From: Eledone cirrhosa
Taxonomy: Eukaryota
Direction of reading: 5' to 3'
Assembly (NCBI GenBank): GCA_964016885.1
Contig: OZ024742.1
Coordinates: forward strand, 107,694,001-107,758,000
Length of the DNA stretch: 64,000 nucleotides
In this document: positions 14,016-27,540 of the stretch, piece by piece
Layout of the letters: each line of letters begins with the position of its first letter
Position numbering within the stretch: position 1 is the first letter of the stretch
Made by a program: the position numbers and the translations under genes
The notes under the pieces: generated by a model
Databases searched by the model: none
Seen by the model: the letters and a program-made list of their open reading frames with translations, nothing else
What the model was told of the DNA's origin: nothing

Positions 14016-14708
14016 ATTCTAATGATTCTGCCAATGCACCACCCTCATACACCATTACATTATGGCTGTTGCAAAATACATTTTTAAACCTACGTTTATT
14101 ATTTACGTCTTAGAATAGAATAATAGGATTCAAGAAAGCATATATGTGAGTGTCTATAAATCATTTCTTTACATTCATGTGTGGGAAATGATAAAGATAC
14201 GTGTCAGTTTCTTCTATCGAATATAGCAACACTGGGTTGTTGATTTCACGTGGGAGGGATTCATGTTGCTTTGGAAGAGCAAGCCATAATGTTAAAAAAT
14301 AACTGAATGTAATTAGAATTTGGACAACTCATTAACAAACACTTTGTTAACTTATATACGGCGTTTCTTTATAAAAATATGACGTAAACAAAACAGAGCT
14401 GATTAATGAAATGACGAGGAATAAGGTTTAATATAATTATCATTGCCTAGGTATCAAAGATCCGATGAAACTGAGGTGATGCTTATACATATTAATTAGA
14501 CATTGAATAATTCATTTTATGAGAAGTGGAAATATGTTTTATATTATATACATATTTACACAGAAGTAGATACACGCATGCGCGCGTACACACACACACA
14601 TACATATTAAAATGCAGCGGGTATCGCTGGCTGTTCTATGTGGCAATGCTATTGTCATTTTGTTTGCAGGTCACAAGTGAGATGTGCTGTCTAGCCGAGG
14701 GTGTAAAG

Positions 14709-14830
14709 CAGGCATGGGCAACCTTTTTCGAGAAGCGGGCCGCATGAGATATGGATCATCATCAGGCGAGCCGCAAGCGCTAATTTACATTCGTGCCCAC
14801 ATAAAAAAAGGGCGGTACTTTTGATTTGTT
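14709..14830 (+). mobile_element. hAT-like MITE terminus
   Basis: CAGGCATGGGCAACC...GCGGGCCGCA motif typical of hAT ends; the partner end was not found. Confidence 0.4.
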
Positions 14831-15011
14831 TCTTCAGAATTCTTACACGTTGTTTTCCTTGATCGTAAAAATGATAGAAAGATAAATTACGACTGAAAAG
14901 TTTAGGTAAAAAAATCAGAAAGATTTCACTTAGGTGACATAGGCGAGCTATTCAGAAAACTTTCTTTCTTTCCCCCTTTTGTCTTCTTTTTTTACTTCCT
15001 GTTTGTAAATA

Positions 15012-15333
15012 CAGTGTATCCCCGGCATTCGCGGCTATTCACGGAATTTTCCTTAGAACCTAACTAACAATTGTCCGTGGAAACCACCTCATATTCGTGG
15101 AATCGTAAATATCTTCTACGATATTTTCATGGCTTTTTTCGTGGTAATATATATTTTTTCACGCCTTTTAACGCTAAATTATTAATAATAATATACTGTA
15201 TTTGCCGGTCTATATCTTACATTATGTTTTGACGTTTATAGGTATTTTTATGAACCACGTCCCATATTCGCGGTTTTTCACTCTTCGAGGGTGCTGTAGG
15301 AACGTAACCCTCGCGAATGCCGTGGGACAACTT
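15012..15333. mobile_element. pogo/Tigger-like MITE
   Basis: TA-CAGTGTATCCCCGGCATTCGCG ... CGCGAATGCCGTGGGACAACTT-TA imperfect TIRs. Confidence 0.65.
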
Positions 15334-16028
15334 TATATACAAATGAACATGAAATTTTGAACAAATATTTATTTCATCAATTAAATTCCTGCGATTAAAT
15401 CTGAGCAGTCTTGGTTTTTCCATCTAATCTCATGGGTCCAAAAGAATAAACACTGCTATATATTACCATCAGTTTAACAGACTCCATCAGTCGTAATAAA
15501 GCTATTATCTCTTGTTTAGATTAACACCCCCTCTACAAAAAAAAAAAACAAACAAAAAACAAAACTCGCAAACACACAGTAAAACAACTAACACAAAATG
15601 TCGCCCATGACGTAATTAATGCTCCCAAATATCGTAATTGTAATCGTGATTAAATAAATATCCCAGCGGCATGTTAATGTTTTAGTATTGCTGTATACAT
15701 GATCTTTCTATTTCTGTCAATAATAATGATGATAAATGAGGAGTTGATACTGAAAATATCGATGATGACAACGATAAATTTGTTCGTTTTCTTTTCCGTT
15801 TTGTTGTTGTTGCTCTAATGATTGTTTTAAATAGATGTTCTTTGTGATATTGATAATAATTCGATTTTGTAAACAACTAAAGTCATGTCTCTTCACAATG
15901 ACAACAGGTAGAAATTCATGTCGTTAAAATGTTAACATTCCGATTGCCTTTGACTTTGACGTCAATCCGATATAAGTTTTACTATTCTGATTATATTCTA
16001 TGTACTATGTATATGTGGGTATATGTAT

Positions 16029-16718
<690 letters not shown>

Positions 16719-16850
16719 TAATGGAGGTGTATATGAAAGCATATACTATGAGGTATTCGAGCCTCGCTATCAAAGACAAAATATTTTTTCATTATGAAAA
16801 AAAAATAACTTTCGCTTTTTTGCTCTGTGAACCTGTAAGTAGCAGTCATG

Positions 16851-16899
16851 AATGTCAGACAGCTGTTTCAAGACTCGTTAATCTCTCATCAGTAACATT
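16851..16899 (-). ncRNA. Minimal type I hammerhead ribozyme
   Basis: Minus strand: AATGTTA-CTGATGA-GAGAT-TAACGA-GTCTT-GAAA-CAGCTG-TC-TGACATT; GUC triplet, palindromic stem III. Confidence 0.85.
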
Positions 16900-17054
16900 T
16901 ACTCAACCAGAGTACAATTAAATACAGCCAACCAAGTTCGTACAATATTTTCAACAAATGTTTTCTATTCGCTATATGCAAATAAGCATACCAAGCAAAT
17001 GTTCATCACACAAAAGCTATATAGGTTCTAGTTTATCTCAGTACCGATTGAGTG

Positions 17055-17103
17055 AATGTCACTGATGAGATAGTATCGAATCTTGAAACAGTTGTTTGGC
17101 TTT
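17055..17103 (+). ncRNA. Diverged mirror hammerhead (other arm of the 16838-17116 inverted repeat)
   Basis: GTCA-CTGATGA-GAT..ATC-TT-GAAA-CAGTTG-TT-TGGC. Confidence 0.65.
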
Positions 17104-17116
17104 CTTGACTGCTACC

Positions 17117-17224
<108 letters not shown>

Positions 17225-17233
17225 TATATATAT

Positions 17234-17373
<140 letters not shown>

Positions 17374-17376
17374 ATA

Positions 17377-18157
17377 AACGGAAAAATGAAACAAAATTTC
17401 ATTTCCCACTCTTAGTACGGCTGTTACTTAAATATAAGTATGTACACGTACATACATCTATGTATACAGACGTACAGTAGTATGTATATATATATATACA
17501 TACATGCACACATATATATATGTACGTATGGATTCACCGAACATTTATTATAATGCTCGGTGTGTTTGTAAACAAACATCCCGTATTAAGCCGTAGTGTC
17601 TAGCAACCATCATTGCTCGTTTGTTCAACACTGACAAAGGAACGCTGTACTAGTTTCAAGCTTATTAGCTATCGTCAGCAACGTATACCTTCCTGCCAGA
17701 TTGTTGAACGTATATACTTACCTTATGCATATTAACGGCTGAGTAGCCCAATTTGCATATCGAGAAATGAAATTTTGTTTCATTTTTTCCGTTTATCGTT
17801 TTCGGTGCACCCGGCCGATTAACCCACTCGATATGCAAATTGGGCTACTCAGCCGTTAATATGCATAAGGTAAGTATATACGTTCAACAATCTGGCAGGA
17901 AGGTATACGTTGGTGACGATAGCTAATAAGCTTGAAACTAGTACAGCCTTCCTTTGTCAGTGTTGAACAAACGAGTAACGATGGTTGCTAGACACTACGG
18001 CTTAATACGGGATGTTTGTTTACAAACACACCGAGCATTATAATAAATGTTCGGTGAATCCATACGTACATATATATATGTGTGCATGTATGTATATATA
18101 TATACATACTACTGTACGTCTGTATACATATATGTATGTACGTGTACATACTTATAT
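17377..18157. mobile_element. Fold-back retrozyme/pLTR-like element in (TA)n
   Basis: ~330-bp arms 17432-17764 / 17827-18157; 55-nt tail 17377-17431; the tail end is repeated in inverted orientation at 17764-17796. Confidence 0.8.
17642..17684 (-). ncRNA. Minimal type I hammerhead ribozyme (the mirror copy at 17907-17949 has a C3G core change)
   Basis: Minus strand: ACGTTG-CTGACGA-T-AGCT-AATA-AGCT-T-GAAA-CTAG-TA-CAGCGT. Confidence 0.8.
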
Positions 18158-18212
18158 ATATATATAAAATAAAATAAATGAGTCAAATGTTTAAAATTTG
18201 GCTTCGTTTATT

Positions 18213-18267
18213 ACTGCTATATATATTTCAGTGATAGCCATCTTTGGCTGTGACCTCTTCAGGCAGT
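18213..18267 (-). ncRNA. Minimal type I hammerhead ribozyme
   Basis: Minus strand: ACTGC-CTGAAGA-GGTCACAGCCA-AAGA-TGGCTATCACT-GAAA-TATATA-TA-GCAGT, then AATAAA; lies in an element (18165-19010) with internal ~150-bp direct repeats. Confidence 0.8.
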
Positions 18268-19006
18268 CCGAATTAGTGTGGTAGAGACGAGTACACATGT
18301 TGTTGAGGTGTATAACGTTGTCAATACTCTGATATATCCAGTTCCTGGTTGGGTTGTTAGTTCACTGAATTTAAACAAACGAATTTCAGCGTCAAAGGGC
18401 CTCTTCTCCTCTCATTGGTCAGTTGTTAGAACTTCCTCAGTCAAAAGTCTATAGAAATTCGTTCTGAGGCAAGCCAATCTGTACTTGTTGTTCTTGTTAT
18501 TGTTAGGTACATCTGACCTCTATTCTTATGTTGGTAGTGGTGTTGTTGGAGTCAGCTAAAAAAAAAAAGTGATAAAGTGGTAGAAGGAATAAGATAGTAA
18601 AGGAACAAAATAAAATAAAATAATCGAATAAAATGTGTGTGTGTGTTATACCCATCTCAATGTTATAAAGATTTGTAAGGTCAAACTTCCTATTGGTCAG
18701 TTTTGAGAGCATTCCTCAGTCCAAAGTCTATTGAAAGTCTTTCTGGGATGATGCTCCCTGTAGTGTTTGTTTTTGCTATTGTTAAGTACATCTGACCTCT
18801 ACCCTTATTTTGGTAGTGTTGTTGGTGTTGTGGTCAGCTTATGTCTTGCTGCTGCTGACAATTTAGAAGTATCTGGGTGTGTGTTTCTACCATATTTATT
18901 TTATTTTATTTTACATTACTCCGGAGTAACCAAACCAACCTGCGCACTTCGTCGAGTGCTCCAATCTGTTTACTAAGGTGTGGTATACAACCAACATATA
19001 CTAAAA

Positions 19007-19055
<49 letters not shown>

Positions 19056-19300
19056 CATTTGTACTGCCTCTTTGTTTTTCTGTTTTTTGTTCTCTGTTTA
19101 CTTTGAAAAATTTTTTTATATATATATAAGTGTATGTGTGTGTGTGTGTGTGTGGTCTGTTTTGTGAGTCGGTGTGTAGGCATGCGCATATTTGTGTATA
19201 AACAACCTAAATCTCGTAAACATTTATTCTCTCTCTCTTTCCATATATTCATGGTAAATTTTTTATACTATCGCCTCTTTAACTGAAATATATATATATA

Positions 19301-19688
19301 TCAAAGGTATATATTGAGTTAGGAACTCAATATAATCTCTTACAACAAAATAGCTCTAAGAAAGAGATATTTCCGAGCCGTATATTATAATAGATTATAA
19401 AAAAAAACGAACACAGATATATACATATATGTGTTCAAATCGTAAGGGACCGGATTCGCTAAGGTGAAAAGAATACTAACTATAGACAATTGGGTTTGCT
19501 TGTCTCAATTTAAGAAAAAATTAGGAAAATAAATACAAACCGGAACAATTCCTTAATTTTCTTAATTTTTTCTTAAATTGAGACAAGCAAACCCAATTGT
19601 CTATAGTTAGTATTCTTTTCACCTTAGCGAATCCCTTACGATTTGAACACATATATCTGTGTTCGTTTTTCTTTTATATTCTATTATA
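19301..19688 (-). mobile_element. Fold-back short insertion in (TA)n
   Basis: Arms ~19386-19530 / 19557-19688 and an ~85-nt unpaired tail on the left; no clear ribozyme. Confidence 0.65.
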
Positions 19689-20221
19689 TATATATATTCT
19701 ATTATATATATATATATTCTATTATATATATATATTGTTATGCTTTGGGAGGGTCATGTTGCCAATAAGAAACACACGCACCAGTTGCTTTCACTCCAAT
19801 TTATTATAAATTAAATTTATAAATTTAAGAATTTATAAATTTATAAATTTCCGGTTAGTTTGTTGGTTCCATATATTTGTCATATATTGTCAAAGTTCTT
19901 TCGTCACACATTCTGTGACCTCTTCAGTGACTGGGGATTCTTTTCTTTATTTTGTGCTTCTCTTTTGTTCTGTCCTACGCCATCTTGTTTTTGTGTGTGT
20001 TGTGTGCTTAGTTTGCACATGTGTTACATCCGGGTGTCGGTGTGTGTTTTTATTTGTTTATTTATTTGTTTATTTACATGTTACTGGTTGGTTGTTTGTT
20101 CTATATGTGTGTGTAGCTTCCATCTATTGTATCATTTTGTAGCTTCCATCTATTGTGTTTAAACAGAATTAAAGGGCGACATCAACAAACATTGGCAGCT
20201 AAAATCTTTACTATCATAAAA

Positions 20222-21297
20222 TAAGTGTTTTTATGGAGGTACCTGGTCTTTCAACTATCTTAATATTAAGTTTATGTTTATCTAGGGACCTTCTAAATTT
20301 GTAAGCTAATTCACCTCTAGGGGTTGTATTGATGAACATTACACTCTGGTATTTATTGCTATCATACCATGAGTTTATTCTATTAACCTTATTCCTAGTT
20401 CTTTCTATTCTATTCCAAAATTTGCTCCTATACAAGGGGCAGGTCCCATTTGTATCATTATTTACCATTTTTTCCCATTTGGTTCAGGCTCTTCTATATA
20501 CTCTGATTTTATCTCTCTGATTGTAACCAGAGAACTGCATACGGTGGATGAAGTGTTGTATGTGTCTCTCTAGTTCTTTGGGGTTGCACATGCGGGACAC
20601 GTTTCTCATCACCTGTACCAAATCCGCAATCAGTATGTTGATTTTGGTGTGATCCGAAACAGCTGAGTTTCGCTGGATCAGATATTTGGAAGTCATGGGT
20701 TTGGGAATGGATGATTTGTTTTTTGTTATTAATTGTTTCTAACCAGAGCTCTGTGTCTAGTACAGGTAATCGATGGTTGCCGTGTTTGCTTGGGTAGTCT
20801 ATAGTAATTCTAATACTCTGGTGGATGGATTTAGCTATTTACTGGATGCTTTCCATGGTGTTTTTCTCTAATTCCTGACTGTTCTCTAGTGGGGGTGTTT
20901 TTACTACGATGTTTATATCATCAACGTAGCGGGAGTACATTATCAGGGTTAAGAGGTTTCTATCTTCTAATTGTTCTTTAAGTTTAAGTTTAAGTTTATT
21001 GTCCCACATACCATGAATAGGTTAGCTATGTCACCTGCAATGCTAACACCAATGGTTGCTCCCTCCTCTTGGGCATATATTTGTCCATTAAATTTGAACA
21101 TATGTTCCTTATGGGTTAATTTTATACTGGCCCCCGCCGCATGTGCAATCATTTTCTTTAGTTCATCGTGGTTTTCGGGGGTCCGTATGGCTCTGGTCCA
21201 CCCGTTCCATCTTTCTGTGTGGGTTTTCTTGGCCATTGAGGTAATGGTAGGTGGTCTGTCTCTTGATGGTCTTGTAGGGCACAGGTTGCTAAGGTCA
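20222..21297 (-). pseudogene. Penelope reverse transcriptase (motifs 4-7 and thumb), frameshifted
   Basis: FKFNGQIYAQEEGATIGVSIAGDIANLFM, YSRYVDDI (~20910-20940), LPVLDTELW, FSGY, CPLYRSK. Confidence 0.85.
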
Positions 21298-21344
21298 TAT
21301 GTATAAACATATCACATATAAGGTCATATGTATAAACATATCAC

Positions 21345-21814
21345 ATAAACTTAATATTAAGATAGTAGAAAGACCAGGTACCTCCATAAAAACACTTATT
21401 AGCAATGCATACCCTTTTCAAAGATCTCCCTGTATAGATAAGAAATTCATAATCTGTAAACTAAGCCCCCACATTACCTATAAAACTAGAAATGTAGTAT
21501 ATAGCATAAGATGTACTGAAGGACAATCTAAAGATAAGAATATAGTGTACACAGGTGACACAGCTCGTTGTATAGGAGAACGGATAAATGAACACTGGCG
21601 AGGACTTCAAGATAAAAAAGAATCATCAATACTCCACCAACATGCTAAAATAGAACATAAGGGCAAATTAGAGAACATAGAAATAAAAATAGAATCTACA
21701 CACAGAAAAGACGCAATGTTTAGACAAATCACAGAGGCAATAAACATAAATGAACTCCAACCAAAATTAAATAGAAAACATGAATGGAATAGCAACATCA
21801 CAACTTACAATTAA
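21345..21814 (+). pseudogene. Penelope GIY-YIG endonuclease domain
   Basis: VVYSIRC...YTGDTARCIGERINEH...LHQH...TEAINI...PKLNRKHEW. Confidence 0.85.
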
Positions 21815-22008
21815 GGACAAAATGAAAACACACACACATAGAACAAACAACCAACCAGTAACATGTAAATAAACAAATAAATAAACAAATAAAAACACAC
21901 ACAGACACCCAGATGTAACACATGCGCAAACTAAGCAGAAAACACACACAAAACAAGATGGCGTAGGACAGAACAAAGGAGAGGCACAAAACAAAGAAAA
22001 GAATCCCA

Positions 22009-22051
22009 GTCACTGAAGAGGTCACAGAATGTGTGACGAAAGAACTTTGAC
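22009..22051 (+). ncRNA. Minimal hammerhead in pLTR (mirror at 19889-19931, minus strand)
   Basis: GTCA-CTGAAGA-G-GTCAC-AGAATGT-GTGAC-GAAA-GAAC-TT-TGAC. Confidence 0.7.
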
Positions 22052-22484
22052 AATATATGACAAATATATGGAACCAACCAACTAACCGGAAATTTATAAA
22101 TTCTTAAATTTATAAATTTAATTTATAATAAATTGGAGTGAAAGCAACTGGTGCGTGTATTTCTTATTGGCAACATGACCCTCCCAAAGCATAACAATAT
22201 CGGTTTCAACACACGTTTTCAGATAATGAATCTTGCTAAACAAATTCAGAAACGAAATATATGTGTGTGTACAAAAAGAGGAGAAGGACACGGTTATATC
22301 TACAAATATTATTAACTTGACTTAATTCCTAAATACGTAGGTGGAAAATATTTATTTAAAACACAGTTTGCAAGTTTTCTAAAAGTGGATCTGTGTCTTG
22401 TTTGTTTGCTCAAACATATCAGTGCCAAACTCAAACAGGAAATCACACATACATACATACGTACGCACATACATACATACCTAC

Positions 22485-22531
<47 letters not shown>

Positions 22532-22810
22532 TATATATCAGTTTTTATATCAGTAAATCCAACTGTACTTGACATTTAAGAAATTATGTGAGTAGACGGA
22601 CAGCCGAGCATTAATCGAAGATAAAATATACTTACCTAAACATAAAATCTTTCAGGCGTGTAAAATTTACCGAGATAGACATCACGTTCTTTTGATAATC
22701 TAATATCTTATTGATACCTGAGAACATAGCCTTATATGGTATGAATTTAAAACAAAATCATATGTTTACAGAAAAGGTCACACGGAAACAAATATAATTC
22801 TAATGTCGAG

Positions 22811-23000
22811 GTCCTGACGCAAATTACCATAGTAATAGTCGATCGTTATAAATAATAGTTGAAAAAAATCAAGTTAAATAAAGTTGACGGCGGAAAAAAG
22901 TAGACAAGGTACTTCTGTCTAATTTTACCCTCTCCATATACGATGTTTTCAACTATTATTTATAGTAATCGACTATTGTTATGGTCACCTGCGTTAGGAA
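22811..23000. repeat. Diverged ~55-bp inverted repeat
   Basis: cctgacgc...aataatagttgaaaa / ttttcaactattattt...gcgttagg. Confidence 0.75.
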
Positions 23001-23075
23001 GCACACATTTCTAATTTCAACATATCTTTTTAGTAAAGTATCTTTAAATATACGCCATAATACAGATAACTATAA

Positions 23076-23447
23076 TAATTGTTTCTATGTTTGGCACAAG
23101 GCCAGCAATTAAATCAGTTCATTACTGGTACTTTATTTTATCGACTCCGTAAGGATGAAAGGCAAAGTTAACCTCGGCGGGATTTGAACTCAGACCGTAA
23201 AGGGACGTAACTCTATGCTGGAAAGCATGGCATCCGACTCTCAACCGATATTGCCACTTCTAATTTGAGCCGAAAGTCAGCAATTTAGATTATATTCAAT
23301 ACTTGACTGGCACTTTAGTTTACCGACCTCGGAATAATAAAAGGCCAAATTGACCTTGGCAGTATTTGAACTCAGGTATAAAGAGGCGGAACAAATACTG
23401 CGAAGCATTTGATCGACACTGTAACGACTCTGACAATCCATTGCCCT
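23076..23447 (-). mobile_element. Two tandem family-B-type SINEs
   Basis: 23076-23258 and a more diverged 23275-23447; flanked by the direct repeat agataactataata (23064, 23465). Confidence 0.75.
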
Positions 23448-24508
23448 TATAATTACAATAGTATAGATAACTATAATATTTGATAGCTATTATTATATTG
23501 ATCTGAATTTTAGCGACAATATTTTCAAATTAAAAATTTCCCAATGCTTCGCAAGTTTACCAATCTTGTTTATGTCTATTATACTTTTATCTCATTTCAT
23601 AAATGTTCATTTACAACAATTTGACACCTACCTTCTCTGGAGACAGAGCAAACACCATCGATACATATATTTTTCTGATTACGTTTTATTACACCAATAT
23701 ATAATATAATGTGTTTTATTCTTTTCTCCATGCTTCTTGGCATTCTGACAATATTCCAGTATTCGTATCCAAGACTAACATTGTCTGTGTAAAGCGATGC
23801 ACACACAATATATTTCCATGAAGACTTATTATATGTCTTATTATACATATCCCTATTATAAACTTTCAAAGCGTTATAGAACGACTTCAGAGGTAAATAT
23901 AAATATTAAGTGTCATAACACATTCATTACAGAAGTCTGATCCAATTTCTCTTACCGACCGGGCGAATGTGGAGTGGTGAGAAAAGTATCTCTGATTTTT
24001 ACCAAGTAAGTTGAAGTAAATGAATGTATGCATTGATTTCTTTATATATGTGAAAAATAAAGTAAACTATAGAGCAGTTAAATGTTTCTGTTGTTGAATC
24101 ATTTTGTAGCTTCTATCTATTGTGTTGAAACAGAATTAAAGGGCGACATCAACAAACATTGGCAGCTAAAATCTTTATTATCATAAAATAAATTACAGTA
24201 TTTTTCCCAATTCATGTTTGTCCTTCCGTACCACTCAGTTTAGATTATGTAAATTATCATCACTGGTATTATCTTTTTCGTGGAAATATAGTTGGTAAAT
24301 TAAATATCTTCCTAAACAAAATTGGCAGAGACTTTGCAGATTTGGCACGAATCTTCCAGAATGCGGGATTGTCTGTCTTTATTTTTAGGCTGAAATTCGC
24401 GCTATTATTACCCTTCTCTATATTCTAAAGCCTGACTAAATAGCAATAATTCATTTACATGGAAAATAAGGAAACAAAAATCAGAAATGTGTCTTCGAAT
24501 ACCAAGGT

Positions 24509-24617
<109 letters not shown>

Positions 24618-24847
24618 TGTGTGTGTGTGTTAAGATTTACTCATATCAACATTGGATATGTTAGAGTTCCAAGATGTTGATATTTTTATATTTTTGTTGT
24701 ATAGTTCTCGTCAGCTATACAACAATGCTTTTGATATTAACAGACAAAAATCACTTGTGGTTCTCGGGACCATATTAAACCATGGCTGGAGCTTTAGGTT
24801 TGCAAGTATCTTCAGCCGCTCTGGTATTTCAATCTTTCATCCCACTG

Positions 24848-24885
<38 letters not shown>

Positions 24886-24887
<2 letters not shown>

Positions 24888-25266
24888 GAGTAATTGGAAG
24901 AAATCCACGCAAGGAAGCTGTTAAAACAGAAAAATGCCGTTAATGGTGGCGTCGGGTAAAATTTAATTGAATGGACGAAAATGTCCATTTCATAAAATGG
25001 ACGAAACCACAGGCGGTCTAAAAGCTGATGAGAATATTTAATGTTTGTGAGATCCTCTCTCGTCCATTTTATTCCTTCCTCATTTCTTCCTATCACTTCT
25101 GCGGGCCAACACACTTCTAACCGCTGATTTCTATCCTTTGAGGTAAATTTTACCTGACGCCGTCATTGACGGCATTTTTCTGTTTTAACAGCTCCCTGCG
25201 CTGAGTTCTTCCAAATACTCTACGAATTTTAATATACTCGCGTTTAATCTCGAGATACATTTGTTT
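24886..25266 (+). mobile_element. Diverged fold-back short insertion in (TA)n
   Basis: ~78-bp arms 24886-24963 / 25145-25223 and a ~42-nt tail. Confidence 0.65.
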
Positions 25267-25275
25267 ATATATATA

Positions 25276-25484
<209 letters not shown>

Positions 25485-25557
25485 CAAGGGCTGTGCCCCA
25501 ACATGGCCTCAGCCGGATGTATGGAGCAGGTAAAAGGGTAAAAGAGTAATATATATA

Positions 25558-27143
25558 CAGTGCTCCGCAAAAGTTTACAACACATTAGGAAAAATGAGGT
25601 TTTAGGTATTTTTAATAAAGTTAGGGTAATGAAAATTTAACTACTGATAGAACATATAATGAGGCATTTAATGATACAATTATATTAAAAAAAAATAACA
25701 AGAAAATAACTCATGAAGAAAAATCAATATTTTTATAACGCAAAAGTTTACAACACATTTATTAAATCATCTCTTAATATTTTGTAGCGTAACCTTTGTT
25801 GCTAATTATAGCCTGTAGGCATTTGGAGTAGCCTCCTACAAACTTCTTGGCTAATATTTTTCCATTCTTCACAACAAATTTTCTTTAGTTCAGGGATATT
25901 TTGGGGTTTCCTTTTTTGAATTCTGAGTTTCAGTTCTCTCCACAAATTTTTGATCGGGTTAAGATCTGGAGACTGACATGGCCATTTTAGAACATTTGTT
26001 CCATTCGTACTTAACCAAGATTGTGTTAGCTTTGCAGTATGCTTTGGATCGTTGTCTTGTTGAAAAAACCAAACTGGCTTTAAGCTGAGAGAATGTGCAC
26101 TTTGATGTAAATTCCTTTGCAAAATACCTCTATAATAAGCGCCATCCATTCTTCCTTCTATTATTTCAATATTTACTACACCTGTGGCACTAAAGCAACC
26201 CCAGACCATGACTGATGCACCTCCAAATTTTACAGTTGGAATAGTATTCTTCAGCGAATATTCAGTACCTTTCTTTCTCCAGACTTTTGCCACAGCATTT
26301 CGACCAAAAAGTTCAATTTTTGTTTCGTCTGACCAAAGTACATCTTCCCAAAATGACGCAGGTTTGATGAGATGCTTATTTGCAAAGTTTAATCGACGAA
26401 GAACGTGTTTCCTCGTAAGAAGTGGTGTTTTCCTTGGAGACCTCGAGAAGATATATCGATGTAGTGAACGACTAATTGTATCTGTGCTCACTTTTACTCC
26501 ACTTCCTTCTAGGTCATCCTAAAGATTTTAATGAGTACACCGGGGTTCGTTGCCAACCTTTCTCGTCAATAACCGAGCTGCACGTTCCGTTATCTTTCTA
26601 GGACGACCATAACTAATTAGAGGACAGATGGAATGATGAGATTTCCAGTGACAAATTATAGTACCAACTGAACTCAATCGCACATTTAACTGACAAGATA
26701 TCTTTCTATAACCAACACTATTTGTATGAAAGTCTACAATGCGTTTACGGAGTTTATTTTTCCCCATATTGTCAATGTTTACAGGACGGTTGTCAATGTT
26801 TACAGAATGGTTGTCAGACAAATAATGACGTAATGTTTTTAATTGTCCTTAGAAGTTACCTTAAACCTAATCTAGAACATTCTACTGAATTTTAAATCTG
26901 AAAATTTAAGAATTTTCTTGAAAAAAAGCAATAAATATAAAATGTGTTGTAAACTTTTGCGTTATAAAAATATTGATTTTTCTTCATGAGTTATTTCCTT
27001 GTTATTTTTTTAAAAATATGATTGTATCATTAAATGCCTCATTATATGTTCTATCAGTAGTTAAATTTTCATTACCCTAACTTTATTAAAAATACCTAAA
27101 ACCGCATTTTTCCTAATGTGTTGTAAACTTTTGCGGGGCACTG
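25558..27143 (-). mobile_element. Tc1 transposon with long IR-DR termini
   Basis: ~205-bp TIRs starting CAGTGC, TA flanks, and an internal direct repeat gcaaaagtttacaacacatt at both ends of each TIR. Confidence 0.95.
25774..26767 (-). pseudogene. Tc1 DD34E-type transposase, inactivated
   Basis: MGKNK start, GRPRK, WSDETK, FQQDNDPKH, SPDLNPIK (catalytic E to K), C-terminal KGYATKY; internal stops and a frameshift. Confidence 0.92.
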
Positions 27144-27155
27144 TATATATATATA

Positions 27156-27395
27156 CAGTGGTGGACTGGCTCTAAAAATATTGGTTGCCAGGAGACGAAG
27201 GGGGCTCACCTACATATAGAATGCTTTCATTTAATTTTTAAATGAATAAATAACATTTTCAAAAAATACAAAAGTGGGAACAAAACAGTGCAATCAAATT
27301 TTTACGGAAAAATATCTTACCGTCTCCAATAAAAAATATTTTGTATTTTGCGAAATCCAGAGACTTTCAATAATGACCTTTGGTCCCCCCCCCTT
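27156..27395 (+). mobile_element. DNA-transposon terminal fragment (hAT-like CAGTGGTGGACTGG)
   Basis: Terminus-like motif directly after the Tc1; no partner end seen. Confidence 0.3.
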
Positions 27396-27412
27396 TCTCT
27401 CTCTCTTTATAA

Positions 27413-27451
<39 letters not shown>

Positions 27452-27456
27452 ATATT

Positions 27457-27540
<84 letters not shown>

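Larger units (their letters stand above)
19733..22258. mobile_element. Penelope-like element with inverted pLTRs
   Basis: pLTR arms 19733-20113 / 21828-22200 with hammerheads, a ~57-nt tail, RT on the minus strand and GIY-YIG on the plus strand. Confidence 0.88.

Noticed and set aside
14660-14708. Possible micro-exon (tttgcag ... gt)
   Set aside because: Weak donor and no other supportable exons; it cannot be called without transcripts.
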